Assembly: GCA_050952625.1 (NCBI GenBank)
Contig: JBMNLH010000003.1
Location: 1-64,000 of the forward strand
DNA length: 64,000 bases
Origin: Bacillota bacterium
Lineage (GTDB): Bacteria > Bacillota > Ch66 > Ch109
Direction of reading: 5' to 3'
Part shown: in pieces, positions 9,980 through 19,165 of the stretch
Numbering within the stretch: the first letter of the stretch is position 1
Layout: each line of letters opens with the position of its first letter
Translations under genes and position numbers: made by a program
The notes under the pieces: generated by a model
What the model saw: only the letters and a program-made list of their open reading frames with translations
Told to the model about the DNA's origin: nothing
The model's database searches: none

Positions 9980-11761
9980 TTAATCTAAAGTTTTCTCCTT
10001 ATTCCCCTTAGAGTCTTTAGCCTTATCCGTATAATAAATAATGCTACTTGCCGCAAAGCCGTAAAACAAGGCGTCTAGGTTAATGGGTTCCTCTTGTTCG
10101 GGTTCATAAGAAGATACAATACTCAACATATGATTAAATCTAAAATTATCAATATCAATGTCGTAAGCATATTTTTGAAAGTGTTTACGATGTTCTTTTT
10201 TGATGTCTTCCACACTTTTGGCAGACGCAATCCCACGCCATAACACATCATAATGCAGTTTCTGGGCCTGACTTCGGCTGAAATAATAATAAAGAAGCTG
10301 CCCAGCTGCCAAATAAAACTCCAATGCGCTCTGGCAGGCAATATGTTCTTTTCTACTGTCCGTATTAATAACTTTATCTTTTAAAGCAATGTAAGCTTTT
10401 TCGATAGCATATCCCACATCGTTTTCCCCCTCACTAAAATAGTTTAGGAGTGCTAACCGGACATTTAGTGCATAAGCGAGGGTAGTAATATATTCCAAAT
10501 TTTGCAACCGTGCCAAAAGCACTCCCATTGTAGCCTTGTCGACACAATTCTGTATAGGAAACTCGTTTCCTTTCCTCAGCCAGGAATGCAAAGCCTCTCG
10601 CGTCAACATAATTTGAACAGCCAGCAGCTGAGGTAAGTTATCAGTCATTTGAATTTTTTCCACGTAATAATTACGGACCAGCTGTCCCCCATACAAATAA
10701 ATATTGATATGAGCCTCTACAGCACTCAAAGTGTTCAACGTTCCACCCGGATATTTTGGAGCATCCAGGTAATTTTCGAAAAGCACCGGCCTGTCCATCC
10801 GGTCCTTAAAACTAGGCAGAAAATCGTAATCATCCACCGTTAGATCCATTCCTCTGTCCAAATGGACATAGGCAGCAGGTTTACGCACTTTCATCTCACC
10901 TGCCGCGACAAAAAGCCCGGGATCATGTTGGCCGATTGGAAAATAACCGGTATAAAGGGGTTTCCCTTCCCTTTCCTGCCCGTTAAGCCACAAAAACAAT
11001 TTGCGTAATAAAACACCTTCCCCGGCGGTGATGCGATAAGGAACCTTAAATGCTGTTGTTTTGTGTTCCAAGTAAGGCTTTTTAGCGTTCATACCCATAT
11101 TAACGTTAGATAACCCAAGTACCTGATCGTTAATTTCGATGTTATAGCTGTTGCTGTTAAATATTTTAGGCAGTAAGTAGCGACCACTTTCATAAATATA
11201 GTCATTTAGGTTAGCATCCAAAAATATTTTAATGTAGCAGTTATCTTTGATGTTCTGCTGGATAATTCTTTCCGCTACGGCCTCCAAAGCAGAAAGAAAT
11301 CGTGCTTTGCATTTCTCAACTGTTTCGGATTGCAGTGGTTCATATCCAGCGTTTTTTAGAATTTCAGTACTTTCTTTATCTCTAGCAGCGAGCAAGGTAT
11401 TGAAATAACGGTCAATGTGTTCCTTTAAATCAGGTCGCACCCCTCCCGCCCCAAAAACTTCGTGCTTGCAAAACAGTGTGAATATATTATTACTATGGAT
11501 TTTTTTCTTGGGATCTACCGGTTTATTCATTTCAATTAAACTGCTGGCAAAATCGGCCTGTTTAAACCACTCGAACAGGGGATTGTTTTCGGGCCAAACC
11601 ATTTTTTTCGTTACATAAAATTCGTCCATCGTACCATCTTTGTTTAAACGAAGATATAATCCGGGTTTAAGGCGGTAATTCTGCACCACCATTGTGTCTG
11701 GATCAAAATCCGGGTATTGGTTTTGATGATCGGTAAACTCATTGAGTAGTTCCTTTAGCAA
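9980..11761 (-). CDS. cas8b: Cas8b large subunit (probable TTG start 11761)
   Basis: ~590 aa between cas6 and cas7; MNKPVDPKKKIHSNN and NAKKPYLEHKT motifs; C-terminal Cas11-like helical segment (EFYLAAGQL). Confidence 0.88.
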   Translation of the reverse strand: MLKELLNEFTDHQNQYPDFDPDTMVVQNYRLKPGLYLRLNKDGTMDEFYVTKKMVWPENNPLFEWFKQADFASSLIEMNKPVDPKKKIHSNNIFTLFCKHEVFGAGGVRPDLKEHIDRYFNTLLAARDKESTEILKNAGYEPLQSETVEKCKARFLSALEAVAERIIQQNIKDNCYIKIFLDANLNDYIYESGRYLLPKIFNSNSYNIEINDQVLGLSNVNMGMNAKKPYLEHKTTAFKVPYRITAGEGVLLRKLFLWLNGQEREGKPLYTGYFPIGQHDPGLFVAAGEMKVRKPAAYVHLDRGMDLTVDDYDFLPSFKDRMDRPVLFENYLDAPKYPGGTLNTLSAVEAHINIYLYGGQLVRNYYVEKIQMTDNLPQLLAVQIMLTREALHSWLRKGNEFPIQNCVDKATMGVLLARLQNLEYITTLAYALNVRLALLNYFSEGENDVGYAIEKAYIALKDKVINTDSRKEHIACQSALEFYLAAGQLLYYYFSRSQAQKLHYDVLWRGIASAKSVEDIKKEHRKHFQKYAYDIDIDNFRFNHMLSIVSSYEPEQEEPINLDALFYGFAASSIIYYTDKAKDSKGNKEKTLD

Positions 11762-11765
11762 TGTA

Positions 11766-12482
11766 TCACCTCCCGGTAATGCAATAGCCAAATCCTAATC
11801 CATTTTTTTCCAACAAACCCGCCGCCAATGCAGTGATAGCCAACTGCTGGGCCCAAGGGTGGGGCTTTACTCTCAACCGCACTTTATGTCCGAGCAAAAT
11901 AGCACTTTTCCCTTTGTAGTTGGTAACTATGGGTTTTTTATTAAGCAGTTCAATATGTTCAAAGAAAAATTCTTCCGGTTCAGTAAAGGATGCGTCCAAA
12001 ATTCTGTATTTTTTGAGAGCGTTCACATGTAGACGCTCGGAAAGAAGTCCAAGGCCATTCTCCGGTAGCCAATAGCGGTTATTATAAGTACATACGATAG
12101 GTGTCAATGTAATCAGTTCTGTTATATGCTTTGGGGTATAATTTTTTAATTCACTTGAAATAACTCTGACTAGGCCTTGTGCTTTAGGTAAAAACTGCTT
12201 TAATCTAAGGGCAAGCTTTAAGTTTAATGTACGTAAGTTGAAGCAGTACATCCTTCCTTTTCGATAAACCCGATCAGCCTCTAAAGGATAGGGTGCACAG
12301 AAAACATAGTGTTTAAATACATTCCGATGATGAAACTCTTTTAACTCTGCATCGAAAAGCATGCTATTATTAATAATCTCCGCCAAAACAGACTGCGCCT
12401 CATTCGCAGGCACGTCTTGTTTAAATTGTACAGTGGACAAAATTTCATAGTAACAATGTAACAGTGTTTTCACCTCCTTCAA
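11766..12482 (-). CDS. cas6: Cas6 crRNA-processing endoribonuclease (probable start CTG 12464 after SD AAGGAGGTG)
   Basis: C-terminal Gly-rich loop GLLEKNGLGFGY; TLTPIV; first gene of operon. Confidence 0.95.
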   Translation of the reverse strand: MKEVKTLLHCYYEILSTVQFKQDVPANEAQSVLAEIINNSMLFDAELKEFHHRNVFKHYVFCAPYPLEADRVYRKGRMYCFNLRTLNLKLALRLKQFLPKAQGLVRVISSELKNYTPKHITELITLTPIVCTYNNRYWLPENGLGLLSERLHVNALKKYRILDASFTEPEEFFFEHIELLNKKPIVTNYKGKSAILLGHKVRLRVKPHPWAQQLAITALAAGLLEKNGLGFGYCITGR

Positions 12483-12517
12483 TGCTATATTATTTTTTTA
12501 GTTACTCAATAATTAAA

Positions 12518-12546
12518 ACAATACTTTAAAATGAAATATCCGTCAA
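12518..12546 (-). promoter_or_regulatory. sigma-A promoter of cas operon, TTGACG-N17-TATTGT
   Basis: Near-consensus hexamers with 17-bp spacing ~50 bp upstream of cas6. Confidence 0.6.
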
Positions 12547-12579
12547 TAACCTTTTTCATTTTTTATTGATTTTTTCCAG

Positions 12580-12782
12580 TTGCCATTTTAATAAGCTTGG
12601 GTATACTATGTATTGAAACAAGCCATGTATTGAAATATGCTTTATTATTTTTTAAGTGTTGATTCTGCAACCTTCACATCTAATGTTTTGTGCGTTGCGC
12701 ATGTGAAAACCGAAACATAGTGTTTGTTTCAATTACAAAGGCAGCACCTTTCTTCGTATGATTAAAAGTGCTGTTTTTTTAT
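12580..12782 (+). ncRNA. Putative crRNA-like regulatory RNA (degenerate mini-array, CreA/CreR-like) with its own promoter and terminator
   Basis: TTGCCA-N16-TATACT; pseudo-repeat 12607-12636 (19/30 identical to the repeat, last 12 nt exact); pseudo-repeat 12704-12733 (18/30); CAGCAC...GTGCTG-T7 terminator. Confidence 0.65.
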
Positions 12783-13293
12783 TTAGCTATGCCGATTACA
12801 AAGTTATGTACATCGTTATGCGGTATCTTTTAATTGTTGCAATCATGTTATACCGCCTCACTTCAGAATATATAAACCCGACGAATTACCTTGGTTTTAC
12901 AAATTTGGACTCCATATGGATACTTTCGCTAAAATTTTTGTTTTTCCTTCTCAATCCATGTTTTCCAGATCACTCTTTTAATTATGTTTAGTTAAATAGA
13001 TCAATGCATTTTCAGACTTTAATTTGATTTAGAAGCCAATAAAAATTTTTTGATTTAACTTAGTTCGCAATTAAGCTACACCCATTGTTTGACAAGACGG
13101 GCAGTTAATTTTAGAATTTGTCTGCAAAATCACATACCAGCCCTTGCCGAAGATAGTAAGGCCTCTTTTGCTTTACGCAATTTATGAATTGAAAGAAATG
13201 TGCAATAATTATTACAATAACCCTACTGCTTCATTTCATTAGCCACCCTCCCCAAATTTCTGCTATAATCAATTAATAAATTAAACACGGTAT

Positions 13294-13397
13294 ACCGCTA
13301 GGGGTGCCTGAAGGCTGAGAGGCGATAGCCAACCCTTAGAACCTGTGGTTGAGGCAATGATCAACCATTCTGGATAATACCAGCGTAGGGAAGTGGT
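13294..13397 (+). ncRNA. TPP riboswitch (variant with inserted hairpin)
   Basis: AGGGGTGC..GCTGAGA..ACCCT..ACCTG..CTGGATAATACCAGCGTAGGGAAG; upstream of thiT/thiN. Confidence 0.93.
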
Positions 13398-13419
13398 GCG
13401 AAGAAAGAATAAGCTGATC

Positions 13420-13453
13420 GCCATATGCCGCTTGGTATATGGTTTTTGTTTTT
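13420..13453 (+). terminator. Intrinsic terminator, TPP expression platform
   Basis: CCATATGCC-gctt-GGTATATGG followed by T-tract. Confidence 0.8.
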
Positions 13454-13467
13454 AACTACTAATTAAA

Positions 13468-13503
13468 TTAAAGAATCCAGTTAGCTTAAAGAATCCAGTT
13501 AGC
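13468..13503. repeat. 18-bp perfect tandem duplication TTAAAGAATCCAGTTAGC x2
   Basis: Direct reading. Confidence 0.9.
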
Positions 13504-13634
13504 GATTTAAAGTTAAGAGTGGCACGCCAAGCATTACGGCGTTGGTTAAACGATTGTTTTCATCAGTTATGTCTGGCGGGCGTGGGTATTTTGTCAATCG
13601 AACCAAAATTTTCTCATAACCTGGAGGGAGTAAA

Positions 13635-14168
13635 ATGCGTTTTCTAAACCTGCGTGTAATGGTTGAAATAGCGGTTATGCTTGGTCTGGCGGCGGTTCTG
13701 GGGATGATCAAGATTTATCAGGCACCCTGGGGTGGCTCGGTTTCGCTGGAGATGCTGCCTTTATTTATTGTGGCTTACCGCTGGGGGCTTAGGCCTGGAC
13801 TGATCGCCGGCCTGGTTTACGGTTTGTTGAATCTTTCCCTGGATGGGATGCGTTTCATTGTTCACCCGATTCAATTGCTCTTGGATTACCCGGTTGCCTT
13901 TGCGTTAGTCGGCTTGGCCGGCTTGTTTCCCGGCCATTACTGGCTCGGAACGATCATCGGCAGCCTGGCTCGGTTAGCTTCACATGTAGTCTCCGGGGCC
14001 ATCTTTTTTGGTGCCTTCGCCCCGGAAGGGCAAAACGTGTGGGTGTATTCGCTGGTCTATAATAGCAGCTATATCCTGCCGGAAATGGTCATCTCCGGTT
14101 TGTTGATCTGGCTAATCGCCAAAAGAACCCGCCATCTGGGATTGTTAAAGCACCAAAGTAACAAGTAA
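13635..14168 (+). CDS. thiT: ECF transporter thiamine S-component ThiT
   Basis: GGSVSLEMLP, HPIQLLLDYP, SHVVSGAIFFG, YSLVYNSSY motifs; under TPP riboswitch. Confidence 0.93.
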   Translation: MRFLNLRVMVEIAVMLGLAAVLGMIKIYQAPWGGSVSLEMLPLFIVAYRWGLRPGLIAGLVYGLLNLSLDGMRFIVHPIQLLLDYPVAFALVGLAGLFPGHYWLGTIIGSLARLASHVVSGAIFFGAFAPEGQNVWVYSLVYNSSYILPEMVISGLLIWLIAKRTRHLGLLKHQSNK

Positions 14169-14369
14169 GTCCGTCTAAAAAGAACAGGGGGGACAGATTA
14201 TCTGTCCCTTTTGAATTTTTACCCATAATTTGCTGTCCCGCCAACCAATAATGATTATTTGATTGATCATGAAAGGACACTGCAGAAAAATGGCTTTTAG
14301 TTTATGTTTTGTTTTTAACTTGATATAATAATCATCAAAGAAAGAAGAACCCTGGAGGAAGAATATTTA

Positions 14370-15015
14370 ATGAAGGCGTCGCTGTGTGTTAGCTGCCAAT
14401 GGTAATTGGGAAAACGTTCAGTGGCATGTCCAGCAATTACATGAACATGCGCACGATTTTTTAGTCGGGATTGACGGTGGGGCTGAGCATCTCTGCCGAT
14501 TGGGCCGAGTGCCGGATCTGGTGGTCGGTGATTTGGATTCTTTGGCTCCAGCGATGGTCCGAGAATTAAAAACCGCCGGCTGCGAATTCATCGTTTACCC
14601 GGCGGAAAAGGACCTGACCGATACCCAAATTGCCCTGGAGTTGGTTAAACAGCGCGGTTTTCAGGATATTCTGCTCCTGGGGGCACTGGGTGACCGGCTT
14701 GACCATTTGCTGTCTAATCTGTTTTCGCTGGTCCCTCTGGTACAAGCTGGGCTGCGTATCAAGCTGGCGAGTCCCGAACATTGTCTCTGGCTGGTCCCCA
14801 ATGAAGTGACGATAAACAGCAGGCCCGGTCAGGTGGTATCCTTACTGGCTTTAACTTCGGTAGCCGGAGTGACCACCACTGGTTTAAAGTATCCGCTGCA
14901 CGACGCCAATCTCGAACCTTTTCACCCTTATGCGGTTTCCAATGAAATGGTGGGAAACCAGGCCAAGGTAAGCTGGGGCCAAGGGGTGTTGCTGGTTTAT
15001 CTGCCAGAAGGTTAA
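14370..15015 (+). CDS. thiN: Thiamine pyrophosphokinase ThiN (ATG 14370 is out of frame by 1 nt; long frame opens at GTG 14386)
   Basis: DGGA, GDLDS, EKDLTD, GALGDRLDH, GLKYPL, VSNE motifs. Confidence 0.93.
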
Positions 15016-15040
15016 CTCTGATATTCTTAACATAAATAAA

Positions 15041-16747
15041 CCTGAATCCGTGGCACGAAAACTTAAAAGCACTCGATAATTGAAGCATAATAGAGTATAA
15101 TAAAGATTAGATGAGATAAACATATTCCGAATAATTCACCCGAGGTGTCTGTGATGCGATTCATTATCGAGCGTTCTGATGAGATACTTACCCCGATTGC
15201 AGGACTTAGTTTGGTTGGTCACTTGATGAACAAAACTTCACTTAAAAAACGACTATCCAATACGAATGTACCCGGATGCATAAAACCTGAAATCAGTCAT
15301 TTCAATATAGTGTCTTCCTATGTGGGACTGTTATGCCACGGGAAAAATGACTTTGACCATATTGAAGCGTATCGTGATGATGATTTCTTTGCTTATGCCA
15401 TGGGCATTGATACTGTACCTTCCAGCCCTACCTTAAGGCAACGTTTGGACCAGGCAGCTCCAACATCAGGATGGGATAAAATTATTATGGAAGAATCTGT
15501 GGATTTACTCAATAAAGTTGGGGCTCCCCTCACTCCTATTACACTTGGAAATGGTCAAAACAAGCGTTGTTATTTGCCGTTGGATGTTGACGTTTCACCA
15601 TTTGACAACTCAAAAACCAAGAAAGAGGGATCCTCACGAACCTACAAGGGCTTTGATGGTTTTGCTCCGATTTTCGCCTACCTAGGTCAGGAAGGTTATT
15701 TAGTCAATCTTGAATTCCGAGAAGGGAAGGATCACTGTCAAAACGGTACAGCTGTCTTTTTAAAAAATAGCATTCAGTACGCCAATAGGGTGAGTTCCCT
15801 TCCTCTTTTAGTCAGAATGGATTCGGGTAATGATAGCATCGAAAATATAATGATGTTCGAAAATTCACAGACTAAAACCGACTACATAATCAAACGGAAT
15901 CTCCGAAAAGAAAAAACCCGAAGAATGGCTTAAAACTGCTCAAAAACATGGCGATAAACAGACCCCACGCGAAGGAAAAACCGTGTATACTGGCAGCATT
16001 TACCGAAAGAATAGTATGCTTGATAAAGAAATCCGTATAGTTTTTCAAGTAGTTGAAAGAACCATCTTGAGTAATGGGCAGACACTCTTACTACCCGAAA
16101 TTGAAGTAGATACCTACTGGACATCATTGCCGGATCCCGAAAAAGATATCATAAGGCTCTACCATGAACATGGAACTTCCGAACAGTTTCATAGTGAACT
16201 GAAGACAGATCTTGACCTGGAACGGTTACCTAGTGGTAAGTTTGCTACCAATAACCTAGTACTGCATCTAGCTGCTTTAGCCTATAACATATTGCGAATT
16301 CTGGGTCAAATGACAGTTAAGTTGCCTGATCAGATGGTTCCACTACGGAAAAAAGCTCAAAGACGTAGAATCAGAACGGTTATCCAAAACCTAATAACAA
16401 TGGCTGCCCATATAGTAAAACATTCCCGCCAGGTGAAACTACGTTTTGGAAAACAGTGCGCATGGTGGTCGGTTTTTAATAACATAAATGCTGCTTTAAC
16501 TTAGGCAGATACTCACAACCGTATATCGTATATATAGGCTAACGTATAGCACTTGAAAAAAATCAGGGGTTTAAATATTTATTGCTTTTTTAGGGAAAAT
16601 TATTTGGGTCAAGTGATAGTGAAAAAAACTTGTAAAATTATAATTGTTATGTTTGAAACTAAAAGTCATATATTAGCGAATTGATCGCATGAATATCTGA
16701 TTTGGGGAAAATTTAAACAAGTTTTTTTCGTGTGCCACGGATTCAGG
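15041..16747 (+). mobile_element. IS1380-family insertion sequence
   Basis: Terminal IRs CCTGAATCCGTGGCAC (15041) / GTGCCACGGATTCAGG (to 16747); ATAAA on both flanks as target duplication; DDE transposase inside. Confidence 0.92.
15145..16504 (+). pseudogene. IS1380 transposase split by a 1-nt insertion in an A-run (~15911-15916)
   Basis: PSSPTLRQRLD, LDVDVSPFDNS, VRMDSGND in ORF1; YHEHGTSEQFHSELKTD and RLPSGKFATN in ORF2; removing one A fuses them (KEKPEEWLKTA...REGKTVYTG). Confidence 0.85.
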
Positions 16748-16839
16748 ATAAAGTTAACCCCCACTTCTATATCGGTGGGGGTTTAACGTCAAGTTGGCTT
16801 CCTTCACTTGGAGGCCTACAGTTCTACATTTGTAAACGC

Positions 16840-18600
16840 TTAGATCTTAAACCGACTGATTAGATTGCGCAAAGTTTGCGAAAGGTTATTCAAGTCTTCC
16901 GAACTGGCAGTCAGTTTATTCACTATGTCTTCTTGTTCGTGGGTTGACTCAAAGACTTCGTCAATCACCGCAGTTGCTTTTTCTGACGAAGCAGCTATCT
17001 CGACCAACGACTCTCTCACTGACTTACTGAAGTTAGTCTGATTTTGAATCATCTGGTTCATATTCTGCGAAAACTCAACAAAAGTTTGAAGTCTCCCGAT
17101 CACATTGTCCAGATTAGTCTGCGTTTCTTTAATCGCTTCTAGCTGATTGATAGTGTCTTGGACATCCATGTTCATAGCACTGATGGTTTCATTGGTTTCA
17201 GTCTTAATATCCTGGGTTAGTTTTTCTATCTTATCTACAATATTCGAGGTTTCGCCGGCAAGTTTTCTGATCTCATCTGCCACCACCGCAAATCCTCGTC
17301 CTGATTCCCCAGCCCGGGCCGCTTCGATACTGGCATTTAAGGCCAATAGATTAGTCTGCCCGGAAATATTGCGAATCAGATCTAAAGTGTTTTCAATTTG
17401 TTTCGTCTGATCCTCCAGTTTATTAATGGCTGACACCGCAAAAGTAACCAGGTTAGTTACTTTATCTAGCTGAGCGACTGAAGTTTCTATGATCTCTTGG
17501 GTACTCTGAACCACTTCTACACACTGGACCGTTTTTTCCACGTTTTCACCAGATGCGCTCGATATTTTTTGCATCTCGTTATCCAATGAGCCCATATTGG
17601 TGTAAACATTGTTTAAGGTGCTGCTTTGAATCCGCATATCCTCCTGAACATTTGTCACCTGTTTAATAATATTATTGGAGGTTAGCAAGATATCATGACT
17701 GATCTCCGATAAATTAGTTGAAGTTTCTTCCAGCTTATAGATATCGGAGTCGATTGAGGAGATCATTTTTTTGATTCCTTGGGTCGAGGCATTTATTTCA
17801 TTTATTAGATCCCCAATTTCATTGTTAGCCGCTACTTCAATGTTTCTAGTCAGATCCCCCTGGGCCAAAGCCTGAGAAGACTGTATTCCCAGTTCAATAG
17901 ATTTGAGGTTTTTGCGCGTAAACCGGGCGACGACCGCCACCCCGATCAACACCAAAACAAACCCAATCACTATAGACAGATAAAATTTGCGTTGCATTTC
18001 CGCAATTTGGATATTAATCGTCTCCATTAACTCATTAGACCAAATGTAACCAATTACCTCTCCATCTCGAATAATCGGGGACATACAGTTCATTATCTCT
18101 CCCCGGACCAGATTAGCTGTCTGCACGATTTGCTGTCCAGTGGCCAATACCTTTCTTCCCATGTGTTCATCGTTTATTGATTGTCCCACTGTGTCTCCCA
18201 TTTCCTGGCTAGGCCCATATGTAATAATGCCATCTAATTCTTTAGCGTAGTACCCAATCCCTAACCCGGGGGATGAATTGGCCACAAAATCAGTTATCTC
18301 GACTAATTCCTCATTTAAAGCCTTAATCTTTTCTTCGCGGCTGGCGTTTTGTAATCCTTTTTCAATTATCATCTGATCAAAGGTTTTCTCGAGTGCTAGA
18401 TCCAACTGTTTAGTGTAAGAAAAAAGCTTGGCCTGCTTTTCATTTATTAACGCATTCTGGGCATTTTGCATTAAAACATAACCGGTAACGCTTAAAATCG
18501 ACATCATGATTAAAGCAACTGCAATCAATAGCATATTGAATTGAAAACTTAACTTATTTCGATTTTGCCACAGTCCCTTAATCCCTTTGAGCTTCAACAT
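16840..18600 (-). CDS. Methyl-accepting chemotaxis protein (2 TM, extracellular sensor, HAMP, signalling domain)
   Basis: [34 protein letters not shown]. Confidence 0.97.
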   Translation of the reverse strand: MLKLKGIKGLWQNRNKLSFQFNMLLIAVALIMMSILSVTGYVLMQNAQNALINEKQAKLFSYTKQLDLALEKTFDQMIIEKGLQNASREEKIKALNEELVEITDFVANSSPGLGIGYYAKELDGIITYGPSQEMGDTVGQSINDEHMGRKVLATGQQIVQTANLVRGEIMNCMSPIIRDGEVIGYIWSNELMETINIQIAEMQRKFYLSIVIGFVLVLIGVAVVARFTRKNLKSIELGIQSSQALAQGDLTRNIEVAANNEIGDLINEINASTQGIKKMISSIDSDIYKLEETSTNLSEISHDILLTSNNIIKQVTNVQEDMRIQSSTLNNVYTNMGSLDNEMQKISSASGENVEKTVQCVEVVQSTQEIIETSVAQLDKVTNLVTFAVSAINKLEDQTKQIENTLDLIRNISGQTNLLALNASIEAARAGESGRGFAVVADEIRKLAGETSNIVDKIEKLTQDIKTETNETISAMNMDVQDTINQLEAIKETQTNLDNVIGRLQTFVEFSQNMNQMIQNQTNFSKSVRESLVEIAASSEKATAVIDEVFESTHEQEDIVNKLTASSEDLNNLSQTLRNLISRFKI

Positions 18601-18729
18601 GAAAAACCTTCCTTTCTCCTGGTGCGTCAAGGCTTAATGTATTGAAAAATTTATCTAAAAGGTTCTATGGCCCCCTTTCTGATACAATCTTTAATCCTTT
18701 CTTTGTTTCAATTCAGCATAAAGCTCACT

Positions 18730-18843
18730 TTTATTTGAATCAAATGACTCCCTCTTCGATAAGAGGGGGTAACTTATTTAAAACTTCTGGTGGAGCAGAG
18801 TCTCCTTCTGAAGTTGATGTTCAGTGAATCTGAACAAGTTCAC
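18730..18843 (+). repeat. ~115-bp palindromic miniature element, family A (IS200/IS605-like ends)
   Basis: Homologous to copies at 42758, 46251, 51946, 58397 and 61359. Confidence 0.85.
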
Positions 18844-18872
18844 TCCTTTATTTCGAAATTTCGCATTATTCT

Positions 18873-18905
18873 AAATAAAAAAGGCCGCAATAATACGAGC
18901 CTTCA
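18873..18905 (-). terminator. Terminator downstream of c-di-GMP aptamer
   Basis: AAGGCTCGTA..TGCGGCCTT followed by T-tract on minus strand. Confidence 0.65.
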
Positions 18906-18924
18906 TTTTCATGAAATCTTTGGA

Positions 18925-19012
18925 TTTCAAGGCAACCCGGCTATCGTAGTATTGAAAATACCTTAGACCCGTGGCTTTGCGTAGTACCCTTTCGAGTACG
19001 TTGCCAAATATA
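18925..19012 (-). ncRNA. c-di-GMP-I (GEMM) riboswitch upstream of MCP
   Basis: Minus strand GGCAAC-GTACTC-GAAA-GGGTAC-TACGCAAAGCCACGGGTCTAAGG...GATAGCCGGGTTGCC: GAAA tetraloop, TAA receptor, GCAAA junction. Confidence 0.88.
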
Positions 19013-19165
19013 TAATTATAATTGTCTGATGTTTCAAAAACGGCCTAAATATTCAAACCAGTATTAAATATTCATTCGACCTTTTTAACCATATTCCTCC
19101 TTAATGAATAAAATTTTTATTATTTAATTATTAGAGTCTGGCATGAGGCTACTTAAGGCTTGAGG

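Noticed and set aside
12758-12991. 77-aa hydrophobic ORF on +
   Set aside because: Starts inside a terminator loop with no SD; composition reflects AT-rich DNA
18948-18962. TTTCAATAC in the c-di-GMP riboswitch resembling the CRISPR repeat end
   Set aside because: Short AT-rich match fully explained as the P3 apical hairpin
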